Notes: generated by a model not told the origin, from the letters alone. DNA of 64,000 bases from Candidatus Dormiibacterota bacterium (GCA_963799005.1 CAWCVK010000001.1:867691-931690), one strand, 5' to 3'. Numbered from the stretch's first letter, positions 18,312-28,162 are shown. Numbers and translations are program-made.

Positions 18312-19176
18312 ATGCCGGCCGGGCTGACCCTCGCCGTGGTGGGCGCGGGCGCGATGGGCGCACAGATCGCCTACCAGGCGGCCCTGCACGGCTATGAGGT
18401 TCGCCTGATCAGCCGCAGCGAGGACCGGCTCCGCGCAGCAGCGCTCGGCGTCGGCGGCGCTGCTGCGCCGGCGGGTCGAGAAGGGAACGCTCGACGCCGG
18501 CGCCTGCGAGGCGGCACTCGCCCGGGTGAGCCCGGGCACGGGATTCGACGCGGTCGCCGGTGCCGAGACGATCATCGAGTCGGTGGCTGAGGACCGCGAC
18601 ATCAAATGCGAGGTGTTCGCGCGGATCTGCGAGCATGCTTCTGATACTGCCATCATCGGCACAAACTCCTCGACCCTCGCCTGCTCGCTGCTCGAGACCG
18701 CGTTGACCCACCCGGAACGCTTCCTCAACATCCACTTCTTCAACCCGGCGCTGCTGATGGCGCTGGTCGAGGTGGTGCCCGGGCCACGGACCTCGGAGGC
18801 AACGGTGGTCCGCGCGATGGACTTCGCCCGCGCCATCGGCAAGACGCCGGTGCGGCTCGCACGCGCGGAGTACGGCTTCATCGCCAACCGGATTCTCTTC
18901 ATTGCCATGCAGGAGGCGATGCGCCTCGTCGAGGGCGGCTACATCACCGTGGAGGACTGCGATGTCGCGGTGCGCAACGCATTGGGCTGGCCGATGGGTC
19001 CGTTCCAGCTTTCCGATCTCATCGGGCTCGACGTGGTCGAGGCCATCCTCGACGAGGGCCTGCGCCAGACCGGCGATCCGCGCTGGGAACCGGTCGGGCT
19101 GCTCCGCGACCTGGTCGCTCGCGGAGCCCTCGGCAACAAGACGGGCGGAGGCTTCCTGAGCAGCGCGGCCGAGTGA
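18312..19176 (+). CDS. 3-hydroxyacyl-CoA dehydrogenase, frameshifted near 18445
   Basis: GAGAMGAQIA in one frame; IIESVAED, TNSS, HFFNP, GFIANR, PMGPFQLSDLIGLD in another. Confidence 0.88.
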
Positions 19177-19214
19177 ATACGCGGGCGATCGCGCGGCTCC
19201 GGCGGGGGCGCGGC

Positions 19215-20075
19215 TCAGACCAGCAGGAGGAACTCGAGCACGTCGGCGACGCCACCATCCTGCGGCGGCGCGCACGTCGCGTCCGCCGCCGCGATCACCT
19301 CCGGGCGTGACGTCGCGACCGCGACCGCGTATCCCGCGGCGATGAGGAGCTCGATGTCATTCGGCGCGTCGCCGATCGCCACCGACTCCGCGAGCGAGGA
19401 GCCGAGCCGCGCGCAGACGATCTCGCATGCCGCCGCCTTGCTGACCGCCGGGTCGATGATCTCGACGAACTCCGGATTCGAGCGCGTGACCCGTGCGCTG
19501 CCGGCGAGCTCGCGGGTCAACATCCCGGATGCGCGGTCCACCTCGACGGGATCTTCGATGACGCACGCAGCCTTGGTCGTGCCCCGCGCGAGCAGCGGCT
19601 CCAGGTCGGGGACTAGCCGGAACTGGACGCCGCTGATCTGCGAGTAGAGGTGCGCCTCAGGGCGATCCTGCTCGCAGAGCAGCTCATCGTCCTGGTACGC
19701 CTGAAAGTGCCAGTTCTGCCGGCGAGCGGTGTGCAGCGCGCGTCGCGCCGGCGCGGGACGGAGCGGCTGCTCGAAGAGTGTCTGTCCCGGCGAGCCATCC
19801 TGCCGAGGAGTCTCGCGGACCATGGCGCCCTGATAGCAGACCAGCGGCTCGGACACGCCGAGCTCGCCGGCCCACGGCAGAGCCGAACGGTACATGCGCC
19901 CGGTGGCGATGATCACCGGGATGCGCGCCGCGACGGCCCGCACCGCGGCGCGGATTCGCGGATGCAGCCGCTGGGCGTAGTCGATGGTGGTTCCGTCGAG
20001 ATCGAGGACCACGACTCGCGGGATGAACGCCGCGGTCACGGGCACCGATTCGCCGATGCCGGTGGGCAGACGCAC
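19215..20075 (-). CDS. Cof-type HAD-IIB hydrolase
   Basis: DLDGT, ATGR, GDAPND motifs. True start may be GTG near 20039. Confidence 0.9.
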   Translation of the reverse strand: MRLPTGIGESVPVTAAFIPRVVVLDLDGTTIDYAQRLHPRIRAAVRAVAARIPVIIATGRMYRSALPWAGELGVSEPLVCYQGAMVRETPRQDGSPGQTLFEQPLRPAPARRALHTARRQNWHFQAYQDDELLCEQDRPEAHLYSQISGVQFRLVPDLEPLLARGTTKAACVIEDPVEVDRASGMLTRELAGSARVTRSNPEFVEIIDPAVSKAAACEIVCARLGSSLAESVAIGDAPNDIELLIAAGYAVAVATSRPEVIAAADATCAPPQDGGVADVLEFLLLV

Positions 20076-20271
20076 CTGACCTCGAGCGTGCTGACGCGAT
20101 TCATCGGCATCACGCCGATCTTACGCAGGGCGTGCACGCGCGTTATCAAGGCGTGAACGCGCCAATTGGGGGTATGCTGAGAGTGTCTTGCGTTCGTCTT
20201 CTCGCGCGCGGTTTGGTAGACCGCTCGCCGCAAGGCCCCGTCCCGCCGCTCCGACGGCGGTCGATGAGGCC

Positions 20272-21438
20272 TTGAGTGCTGTCATCCCCGAACCGGTGAG
20301 CTTCAACGAGCTTGCCCTGAGCGTCGCCATGCAGCACACCGTGGCTGAGCTCGGCTACACCATGGCCACGCCGATCCAGGCGGGCTCGCTGCCATTCGCG
20401 ATGGCGGGTCGCGACGTCATCGGCCAGGCCCAGACCGGGAGCGGGAAGACCGCCGCCTTCGGCATTCCGATCATCGAGCGCCTCGATCCGCGCGACGGAC
20501 CCGTGCAGGCGCTGGTGCTCTGCCCGACGCGAGAGCTGGCGGTCCAGGTGCACGACGAGCTGACGCGGCTGGGAAAACGCCACGAGCTGCGCAGCGTGGC
20601 GATCTACGGCGGCGACTCGATCGGGCGCCAGATGGAGGAGCTGCGCCAGGGTGCGCACATCGTCGTGGCGACCCCCGGCCGGCTCGGCGATCACATCCAG
20701 CGCCGGTCGCTCACGCTCGCGAACGTCCGTGTCTGCGTGCTCGATGAGGCCGACCGCATGCTCGACATGGGCTTCGCACCGGACGTCGAACGCATCCTTC
20801 GTCAGTGCCCGCCGCAGCGTCAGACGCTGCTCTTCAGCGCCACCATGCCGGAGTGGGTGCGCCGTCTCGCGCTGCGGCACATGCACGACCCCGAGACCGT
20901 TGAGATCAGCACGAGACCGGAGATCCCGGCCGAGGTCCGGCAGCTGTACGTGCAGACCACGTGGGCCGACAAGACGGACGCGCTGGCGCAGATCCTCGAT
21001 CAACCGGACGTGGTCATGGCGCTGATCTTCGTCGAGACCAAACGGACCGCCGATGTTCTCCAGGCGCAGCTCGGCGGACGCGGCTACCAGGTCGGGCTGC
21101 TCCACGGCGATCTCACCCAGCGCGAGCGGGATCGTGCCATGCAGCAGTTCCGCGCCACGCACATCAAGTACCTGATCGCGACCAACGTCGCCGCGCGCGG
21201 ACTCGACATCGACGACATCTCGCACGTCATCAACTACGACGTGCCGCTCACCCCCGACGAGTACCTGCATCGCGTCGGCAGGACGGGCCGCGCCGGGCGT
21301 GCTGGCGTCGCGGTCACGCTGATCACGCCGAGCGAGATCCTCAAGCTCCGCGACGTCGAAAAGCACGCGCGCACGCACATCGAGCCGGCGACCCTTGACG
21401 AGGATTTCCCCGCGGTCGTGGTCGGCGCCGAGGCCTGA
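20272..21438 (+). CDS. DEAD-box RNA helicase
   Basis: Q-motif, GSGKT, PTRELA, DEAD, SAT, ARGLD, HRVGRTGR. Start may be 20188. Confidence 0.96.
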   Translation: MSAVIPEPVSFNELALSVAMQHTVAELGYTMATPIQAGSLPFAMAGRDVIGQAQTGSGKTAAFGIPIIERLDPRDGPVQALVLCPTRELAVQVHDELTRLGKRHELRSVAIYGGDSIGRQMEELRQGAHIVVATPGRLGDHIQRRSLTLANVRVCVLDEADRMLDMGFAPDVERILRQCPPQRQTLLFSATMPEWVRRLALRHMHDPETVEISTRPEIPAEVRQLYVQTTWADKTDALAQILDQPDVVMALIFVETKRTADVLQAQLGGRGYQVGLLHGDLTQRERDRAMQQFRATHIKYLIATNVAARGLDIDDISHVINYDVPLTPDEYLHRVGRTGRAGRAGVAVTLITPSEILKLRDVEKHARTHIEPATLDEDFPAVVVGAEA

Positions 21439-21454
21439 GGCCGCTCGGACAGGC

Positions 21455-22234
21455 ATGCTGCCGGCCATCCACGACACGGGGACCGGCGACGCGGTGCTGT
21501 TCCTCCATGCGTTCACCCTGGACGCGTCCCAGTGGGATCACCAGGTCGCCGCGCTCTCCGGCGACATGCGCTGCGTCCGCGTCGACCTGTGGGGCTGCGG
21601 CACATCGCCACCACCACCCACGGGTGAGCCGACCCTCGAGGGCTTCGCCACGGCGGTGATCGCCGCGCTTGATTCCCGCGACATCGATCGCGTTGCCCTG
21701 GTCGGACTCTCGATGGGAGGCTACCTTGCGTTCGCCATGTGGCGGCTCGCGCCGGAGAGGATCCGCGCGCTCGTGCTCTGCAACACGCGGGCGACCGCCG
21801 ACGCCGACGGGCCGCGTGAGGACCGCCTGGTGATGGCCGAGCGTGTGGAGCGTGAGCAAACTGTCGAGTCGGTCGTCGAGCCTATGGTCGCCCGCATGCT
21901 GAGTCCCGGCGCCAGGGCCGAGGCACACATCGTCGAGCCCGTCCGCGGTCGGATCCGGCGATGCACACCTGCAGGGATCGCATTCGCGCAGCGCGCGATG
22001 GCGGCTCGACCGGACAGCACCGGGCTGCTTGCATCCATCAGCGTGCCCGCCCTGGTCATCGCCGGAACCCAGGACGCCATCGTCGCCACCCCGGAAGTTC
22101 GTGCCATGAGCGGCGGCATCCCGGGGGCGCGCTACGCCGAGCTCGACTGCGGGCACCTCAGCAACCTCGAGCTCCCCCGCGCGTTCAACCGCCGGCTCGC
22201 GGAGTTCCTCGTACCGGCGAGAATGGCGTCATGA
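21455..22234 (+). CDS. alpha/beta fold hydrolase
   Basis: GLSMGG nucleophile elbow; GTQD; CGH. Confidence 0.9.
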   Translation: MLPAIHDTGTGDAVLFLHAFTLDASQWDHQVAALSGDMRCVRVDLWGCGTSPPPPTGEPTLEGFATAVIAALDSRDIDRVALVGLSMGGYLAFAMWRLAPERIRALVLCNTRATADADGPREDRLVMAERVEREQTVESVVEPMVARMLSPGARAEAHIVEPVRGRIRRCTPAGIAFAQRAMAARPDSTGLLASISVPALVIAGTQDAIVATPEVRAMSGGIPGARYAELDCGHLSNLELPRAFNRRLAEFLVPARMAS

Positions 22235-22425
22235 GCCAGCTCCCGAAAACCCTGCTCGACATCCTCGCCTGCCCGCGTTGCCGTGGACCGCTCGCGGTCG
22301 AGCCGGAGGCGCTGCGCTGCGATGCCTGCATGCTGCGCTACCGCGTCGACAACGGCATCCCGGTGATGCTGATCGACGAAGCCGAGCACTTCGGCCCCGA
22401 CGCCGACGCGCCGGCCGTCAGCTGA
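22231..22425 (+). CDS. Trm112 family protein
   Basis: LLDILACPRCRGPL..YRVDNGIPVML. Confidence 0.92.
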   Translation: MSQLPKTLLDILACPRCRGPLAVEPEALRCDACMLRYRVDNGIPVMLIDEAEHFGPDADAPAVS

Positions 22426-22431
22426 GCCGGG

Positions 22432-23622
22432 TCAGGCGGGAACGCCGACCGCCTCGGTCGCGACCGAGGCGGGGGCGGCGCAGAAACCCTCGTAGTCGAT
22501 GGGCTCGGTGATGGTGGGATTCTCGCCACACACCGGGCACTGCGGGTCACGCGGCACCCGGAACTCGCGGAACTTCATCGCCAGCGCGTCGATGTGCAGG
22601 AGCCGGCCGGTGAGCAGGTCGCCGGCGCCGGTGATGAGCTTGATCACCTCGGTCGCCTGCAGCACCCCGACGATCCCGGGGAGCACACCGAGCACGCCGG
22701 CCTCGGCGCACGACGGAGCCTCCTCCGGCGGCGGTGGCGAGGGATACCGGCAGCGGTAGCAGGGCGACTGGAAAGGCACCACGGTCGTGACCTGCCCCTC
22801 GAAGCGGAAGATGCCGCCGTCGACCATCGGCTTCTTGGCAAAGATGGCCACATCGTTGGCGAGGTACCGGGTCGGGAAGTTGTCGCAGCCGTTGACCACG
22901 ATGTCGTACTGGTCGAAGATCTCGCGTGCGTTCTCGCCGCTGAGCACGACGTTGTGCTCGACGACCCTGACGTCACTGTTGAGCGCGGTGAGCGCGATTC
23001 GTGCCGACGCCGTCTTGAGCATCCCGATGCGATCCTCGGTATGCAGGATCTGGCGCTGCAGGTTGCTGCGGTCAACGGTGTCGAAGTCCACGAATCCGAT
23101 CGTGCCCACGCCCGCGGCGGCGAGGTAGAGCGCGGCAGGGCTGCCGAGCCCGCCGGCGCCGATGAGCAGCACGCGTGCGTCGAGCAGTCTCGCCTGACCC
23201 TCGACGCCGATCTCCGGGATGAGCAGATGGCGGCTGTACCGCTGCTGCTGCTGTGCGGTCAGGACGCGGGGCACGATGAAGTCGAAACCGGCCTGCTTCC
23301 AGGCGCCGTAGCCACCCGCCATCGACTGGACGTCGGTGTATCCCAGTTCCTGGAGCGCCCGCGCGGCGAGCAGGGAGCGAACCCCGCCGGCGCAGTAGAG
23401 CGTGATCGGCGTGTCGTGCCTGGGGACGGTGTCCTCGATGCGGGTCTCGATGAACCCCTTGCTCAGGTGCAGCGCACCCGGGATGTACCCCTCGTCGAAC
23501 TCGTTGCGTTCACGAACGTCGATAAGGGTGCGCGATCCTCCCGCAGCCCGAACCTGTTGCGGGGAAACCTCCGGGACGGTGCTGCGCGCGTCGTCGAGGA
23601 GGTCGCGGGACGACTTGGCCAT
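22432..23622 (-). CDS. moeB: MoeB/MoeZ-type adenylyltransferase with N-terminal rhodanese domain
   Basis: Rhodanese CAGGVRS; RYSRH; GAGGLG; CxxC pairs; SCAEAGVLG. Confidence 0.92.
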   Translation of the reverse strand: MAKSSRDLLDDARSTVPEVSPQQVRAAGGSRTLIDVRERNEFDEGYIPGALHLSKGFIETRIEDTVPRHDTPITLYCAGGVRSLLAARALQELGYTDVQSMAGGYGAWKQAGFDFIVPRVLTAQQQQRYSRHLLIPEIGVEGQARLLDARVLLIGAGGLGSPAALYLAAAGVGTIGFVDFDTVDRSNLQRQILHTEDRIGMLKTASARIALTALNSDVRVVEHNVVLSGENAREIFDQYDIVVNGCDNFPTRYLANDVAIFAKKPMVDGGIFRFEGQVTTVVPFQSPCYRCRYPSPPPPEEAPSCAEAGVLGVLPGIVGVLQATEVIKLITGAGDLLTGRLLHIDALAMKFREFRVPRDPQCPVCGENPTITEPIDYEGFCAAPASVATEAVGVPA

Positions 23623-23677
23623 GGAGCCAGTCTACCCAAAAACCGTCGAAACCCGACCTGGATGGTCTGGATTCGGA

Positions 23678-23965
23678 TCAGGCCTTCGTGCGCCGGCCGG
23701 CGGCGGGCCGTGTGCTCGGCCGTCCGACCGAGCGCTTGGCGGGTGCCACGCCGGCCGGCTTCGTCGGCCGGGCGGCGGAGCGCTTCGCGGGCGCGGTCGG
23801 CGGTGCGGCGGGCGTGGGAGCAGACGCCATCGCAGCGAGGATCGTCTGCTCCGTCTCCTCGAGTCGCTCCGCGAGCGCCAGGACGCGGCGTCGCGCCGCC
23901 CGAGTCGCGCTGAGAGCGTCGGCCAGCGAGACGGTCGCGCCGCGCTTCTGCTTCTTCCCAGCCAT
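23678..23965 (-). CDS. small basic protein (coiled coil plus PAKR-rich tail)
   Basis: MAGKKQKRG..., a helical segment, then PAKRSAARPTKPAGVAPAKRSVGRPS. Confidence 0.6.
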   Translation of the reverse strand: MAGKKQKRGATVSLADALSATRAARRRVLALAERLEETEQTILAAMASAPTPAAPPTAPAKRSAARPTKPAGVAPAKRSVGRPSTRPAAGRRTKA

Positions 23966-23996
23966 GATCGCAGCGACCCTACCATAGACTGCGACG

Positions 23997-25523
23997 GTGC
24001 ATCCGACGCCTGCGGCGCGTCCACTCGCGGCCCTGCTGGGCGCGGCGGGGATCGATGTCACGCTGCGGCCGTCGGTGGCAGGCGTCGAGGTCACCGCCGT
24101 CGACTCCGACTCACGCGCGGTGACCCCGGGGAGTCTCTTCGTGGCCATCTCGGGACTCAAGTCCGACGGTCATCGGTTCATCGAGGCTGCGGTGGCGCGT
24201 GGCGCGACCGCGGTTGTCGCCGAGCGACTCTCGGACGCCCCGATCGACCCTGCGATACCGGTGGTCATCGTCGGCGACTCGAGGCTCGCGCTCGGCTCCC
24301 TGGCGGCGGCGTTCAACGATCACCCGAGCCGGGCGCTCTGCATCGCCGGGATCACCGGGACCGACGGCAAGACCACCACGGCGACGCTGCTCTGGCACGC
24401 CTGGCGCGCCGCCGGCATCGCCGCCGGGTCGATCACCACCGTCGATCGCCGAACCCTGGACGTGGTGTCCGCCAACCCGTCGCGGCAGACGACCCCGGAG
24501 GCGCCCGAGCTGCAGGCTGAGCTCGCCAGGATCCGCGACGCGGGAGTCACCCACGTCGCCCTCGAGACGTCGTCACACGCGCTCGAGATGCATCGTGTCG
24601 ACAGCGTGGAATTCCGCGCGGCGGTGTTCACGCGGATCACCACCGAGCATCTCGAGTTGCACGGCACCCGCAGCCGGTACCTCGCTGCCAAGGCGCGCCT
24701 GCTCGAATCCGTGTCGACGCGACCCGACGGCATCGCCGTCCTCGATGCCGGTGATCCGTTCGGTTTTCCCCACCTCGCGGCGATACCGGTGGCCACCAGG
24801 CTGACCTACACAGACCTGCCTGACGTCACCGCGGACCTGCGTGCCGACGCCATCGTCGCGGACGCCTCGACGGTCCGCTTCACCGCGCGCACGCCCTGGG
24901 GCGACGCGGCTGTGCGCCTCCGTCTGGCAGGAACGTTCAACGTGCGCAACGCCCTCGCCGCCCTCGCGGCCGCCTGTGCCACCGGCGCCGGCCTCGGCGG
25001 CGCCGTTGACGGCATCGAGGCGGCCGAGGCGGTCACCGGCCGCATGGAGCGCATCGACCTCGGGCAGCCGTTCGAGGTCGTGGTGGACTACGCGCATACC
25101 ACCGACGCGCTCGAGACGGTGCTCCACCAGCTGCGCCAGACGACCTCGGGGCGGCTCTGGGCGGTGTTCGGCTCGGCGGGAGAACGCGACCTGGAGAAAC
25201 GCCCGGCGATGGGATCGGTGGCGGCGCGACTCGCCGACGTCAGCGTCATCACCGATGAGGATCCGCGCGGCGAGGACCGGCAAGTGATCCTCGAGCAGAT
25301 CGCGGCTGGGGCTGTCGCCGCCGGGGGCGTGCGCGGGGAGAGCGTGTTCGTCATCCCCGATCGCGAGGAGGCGATCGGGTTTGCGGTGGCCAACGCGGCG
25401 GCCGCCGATACAGTGCTCTGCGCCGGGAAGGGTCACGAGAAGACCATCGAGACTGCCGGCGGCGAGATCCCGTGGAATGAGCGCGAAGTCGCGATCGCCG
25501 CGATCCGGCGGCGGTTCAACTGA
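23997..25523 (+). CDS. murE: UDP-MurNAc-dipeptide:diamino acid ligase
   Basis: GTDGKTTT, TTPEA, ETSSHAL, VDYAHT, DEDPR, GKGHE. Confidence 0.95.
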   Translation: MHPTPAARPLAALLGAAGIDVTLRPSVAGVEVTAVDSDSRAVTPGSLFVAISGLKSDGHRFIEAAVARGATAVVAERLSDAPIDPAIPVVIVGDSRLALGSLAAAFNDHPSRALCIAGITGTDGKTTTATLLWHAWRAAGIAAGSITTVDRRTLDVVSANPSRQTTPEAPELQAELARIRDAGVTHVALETSSHALEMHRVDSVEFRAAVFTRITTEHLELHGTRSRYLAAKARLLESVSTRPDGIAVLDAGDPFGFPHLAAIPVATRLTYTDLPDVTADLRADAIVADASTVRFTARTPWGDAAVRLRLAGTFNVRNALAALAAACATGAGLGGAVDGIEAAEAVTGRMERIDLGQPFEVVVDYAHTTDALETVLHQLRQTTSGRLWAVFGSAGERDLEKRPAMGSVAARLADVSVITDEDPRGEDRQVILEQIAAGAVAAGGVRGESVFVIPDREEAIGFAVANAAAADTVLCAGKGHEKTIETAGGEIPWNEREVAIAAIRRRFN

Positions 25524-26163
25524 TAGGGTGGCGGTTCGGCACCCCGGGGCGGCGCGGGTAACGGCCGGTCGTGGCCGCGATCTTTCGCACCCGAAGCACG
25601 CCTTCGGCCGGCGCGTCCGGAGCACTACCGCCGCACGCTGACGCGGCGGCAGTACATCCGGCGAGCGCGTTGCCGGCGCCGGCGACCAGCGCGCAGAGAC
25701 TTCCGCCGACACGCAGCAGCGGGAGCGCGAGCTCGCAGAGTACCGGCGGGGGCGCGGTGGCTCGGGACGTCGCCAGGTCGAAGGCCTCGCGCAGACCGTC
25801 CCGCCATCCCGCGTCCTCGGCGCGGAGCGCCTCCACAACCACTCCGCGGAGCCTGAGCAACCCGGCCACGTGGATGAGAAACCCGGTCTTGCGCCGGTCG
25901 GAGTCCAGCAGGGTCACCGCGAGATCCGGCCGGAGGATCGCGATCACGATCCCCGGCACGCCGCCGCCCGAGCCGATGTCGACGACCCTGGAGCGAGGCG
26001 GCGGAGCGGCGACCTCGAGCAACTCCCGGGCTTCGACGACGTTGCGTGTCCACATGTGCGCGCGCGGGATCGACGTCAGGTTGAGGCGCGTGGACCAGCG
26101 GTCGAGCTCGTCGAGATATGCGTCGAGAGTCGCGTTCATGTCGCCGGTCGGCAGCGGCCCCAT
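25516..26163 (-). CDS. rsmG: 16S rRNA m7G527 methyltransferase
   Basis: NLTS, DIGSGGGVPG, RAE, SRA, YPRRPG. Confidence 0.92.
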   Translation of the reverse strand: MGPLPTGDMNATLDAYLDELDRWSTRLNLTSIPRAHMWTRNVVEARELLEVAAPPPRSRVVDIGSGGGVPGIVIAILRPDLAVTLLDSDRRKTGFLIHVAGLLRLRGVVVEALRAEDAGWRDGLREAFDLATSRATAPPPVLCELALPLLRVGGSLCALVAGAGNALAGCTAAASACGGSAPDAPAEGVLRVRKIAATTGRYPRRPGVPNRHPIS

Positions 26164-26263
26164 GGCGGCGAGCCTAGCGCGCGCGGTCGGGCGTGGCGGG
26201 ACGGTGACGGTGGCTGGATTGGCTCCCCGACCTGGCTGCTCCGTGCGATCATGCAATGGAGCG

Positions 26264-26458
26264 ATGGACATGACCCCGGAAACGTCCGACCGGTGCCCGG
26301 TGTGCAAGGGCGAGATGCTCTCCGTGTTGTACTACGGTGCCGACGGTTTGTCGGTGGGCGGGCACCGGATCTGTCCCGGCTGCGGACCTCGGACAGCCGT
26401 CGAGCTGGTGGCGCCCGACGAGCTCCGCCGTCGCCTCCTGGAGCGCAAGGCCTCCTAG
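26264..26458 (+). CDS. small zinc-ribbon-like protein
   Basis: CPVC...CPGC in 64 aa; a GC hairpin follows the stop. Confidence 0.65.
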   Translation: MDMTPETSDRCPVCKGEMLSVLYYGADGLSVGGHRICPGCGPRTAVELVAPDELRRRLLERKAS

Positions 26459-26466
26459 TCGCGGAC

Positions 26467-26487
26467 GCGCCGGGGCGAACCCGGCGC
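26467..26487 (+). terminator. GC-rich hairpin (possible terminator, no U-tract)
   Basis: GCGCCGGG-GCGAA-CCCGGCGC. Confidence 0.45.
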
Positions 26488-26514
26488 CGGCTCGAATATT
26501 TCACCGGCGGCCCT

Positions 26515-26551
26515 GTTACGCGGCGGTGACAGCCGGTGACGGCGCGATGAC
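26515..26551 (+). promoter_or_regulatory. phased GTnAC repeats (MtrA/GlnR-like OmpR-family box)
   Basis: GTTAC-N6-GTGAC-N5-GTGAC-N6-ATGAC, upstream of a cell-wall hydrolase. Confidence 0.45.
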
Positions 26552-26592
26552 ATGGAGAAGGGACCTGTCCAGCCGATGGGAGACTGGCCGCG

Positions 26593-27786
26593 ATGCGTCG
26601 CCCCCGTTTTTCGTTCGCCCATCGCCGTCTCGTGCTCGCGCTTCCGTTCGCGCTCGCGCTGACGCTGATCGCCGCGCCCGCCGCTGCAGGCCCTACGCCG
26701 GGGGTGACCGCGGCGCAGCAGGCGGCGGCTGCCGCCAAGAAGGACGCTCAGAACGCCAAGGCTGCGGCCAGCAACGCTAACTCCGCGCTGGCGCTGGCGC
26801 GCACCGCGCTGGCGGCGGCGAACGCGCACCTCGCGCTGATCAACACTCAGATCAGCGCGCTCAAGGGCACCATCGCCGCCGACGCGGCAACTCTGCGCAC
26901 CGTCGACGCGCAGCTCGCCGCCGATCGCGGGCATCTCTCGGCCTACCTTCGTCAGTCGTACGAGAACGGCGGCTCCCAGGCGATGCTCGCCTACATCATC
27001 TCCGCCAACACCATCGCTGCGGCGATCCAGCGCGATGTGCAGGTCAACGAGATCTCCTCCGCGAGCCGGCAACTGGTCGCCCGGATCGGGGTTGAGCAGC
27101 AGAAGGCGAGCACCACGCTTGCCCGGCACACCGCCGACCTCGCCAAGCTTGCGGCCGAGGAGGAACAGGCCCGGACCGAGCAGGCGATCATCAAGGTGCA
27201 GACCCAGACCCTGCTTGCGGCGGACATCAGCGCGCACGCGCACGTGTCCCAGGCGCAGAAGGCGCTCGCCGCGGCTGTTGCCGCTCTCGCGGCCGCCCGC
27301 GCACGCGACGCGATCTACCCGCCGGTGCCGGGTCCTCTGTTCACCGTCGACACCAACCTGACGCTGCCGAGCGGCGAGACTGCCGCCAGCCTCAATCAAT
27401 TCCTCAACGGGTCGGCACTCGCCGGACTCGGCGCCAGCTTCATGAAGGCGGAGACGGCGTACCACGTCAGCGCGCGCTACTTCGTCGCGCACGCGATCCT
27501 CGAGTCCGCCTGGGGCACGAGCGCGATCGCAGTCTACAAGCACAACCTGTTCGGCTTCGGCGCCGACGACGCCAACCCCTACGGCGACGCGATGACCTTC
27601 ACCAGCTTCGACGCGTGCATCCAGTTCGTCGCACAGTTCATCGAGACGCACTACCTGACCGTCGGCGGCCCTTTCTATCACGGCCCGACGCTGCGCGGGA
27701 TGAACGTCGACTATGCGAGCGACCCCAACTGGGCGGAGAAGATCGCCAGCATCGCCGACACCATCCCGCCGCTCGCGGTGCCCTGA
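26593..27786 (+). CDS. secreted coiled-coil (PcsB/CwlO-like) + GH73 glucosaminidase peptidoglycan hydrolase
   Basis: Signal peptide, long coiled coil, AILESAWG, NLFGFGA, YASDPNWAEKIA. Confidence 0.88.
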   Translation: MRRPRFSFAHRRLVLALPFALALTLIAAPAAAGPTPGVTAAQQAAAAAKKDAQNAKAAASNANSALALARTALAAANAHLALINTQISALKGTIAADAATLRTVDAQLAADRGHLSAYLRQSYENGGSQAMLAYIISANTIAAAIQRDVQVNEISSASRQLVARIGVEQQKASTTLARHTADLAKLAAEEEQARTEQAIIKVQTQTLLAADISAHAHVSQAQKALAAAVAALAAARARDAIYPPVPGPLFTVDTNLTLPSGETAASLNQFLNGSALAGLGASFMKAETAYHVSARYFVAHAILESAWGTSAIAVYKHNLFGFGADDANPYGDAMTFTSFDACIQFVAQFIETHYLTVGGPFYHGPTLRGMNVDYASDPNWAEKIASIADTIPPLAVP

Positions 27787-27811
27787 CCCGCAGCGCTCGC
27801 AGGCATCGGGG

Positions 27812-28033
27812 TCAGCCCCGCTCGTAGCGAATCAGGTGTGACGGTTTTCCCTCCGTCGCCGTGACGACCGCGAGCCTTGCGGCGTCGGCGGTATCCATGA
27901 CGTCGTACTGGATACCACCGGCGAGATACACCCGCGAGGTGCGCATGTCAGGGCCGTCCTCGATCGCCGCGATGGCGTCGGTGTTCACCCACACGGTCGC
28001 CTGCCGATTGCTGATGATCTTGATGAACTGCAT
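27812..28033 (-). CDS. small hypothetical protein, FlbD-like
   Basis: GGAGG SD; 'VWVNTDAIAAIED..SRVYLAGG' resembles the FlbD pattern. Confidence 0.6.
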   Translation of the reverse strand: MQFIKIISNRQATVWVNTDAIAAIEDGPDMRTSRVYLAGGIQYDVMDTADAARLAVVTATEGKPSHLIRYERG

Positions 28034-28162
28034 CTCTGCCTCCGGGTTCAGCCGCCGATCCGATGGTCCCGATCACTGACGCACGGGCGTCACCGAGTCC
28101 GAATGGGCAGACATGTTGGCGGAACGTGTTGTGTCGTCAGCGCCTGCGGCTACGCTGGCCGG

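Noticed and set aside
26461-26592. c-di-AMP riboswitch upstream of the wall hydrolase
   Set aside because: The conserved ydaO elements (GGGGAA/GGGGUGAAUC, GUCAGCUAAC) are not present.
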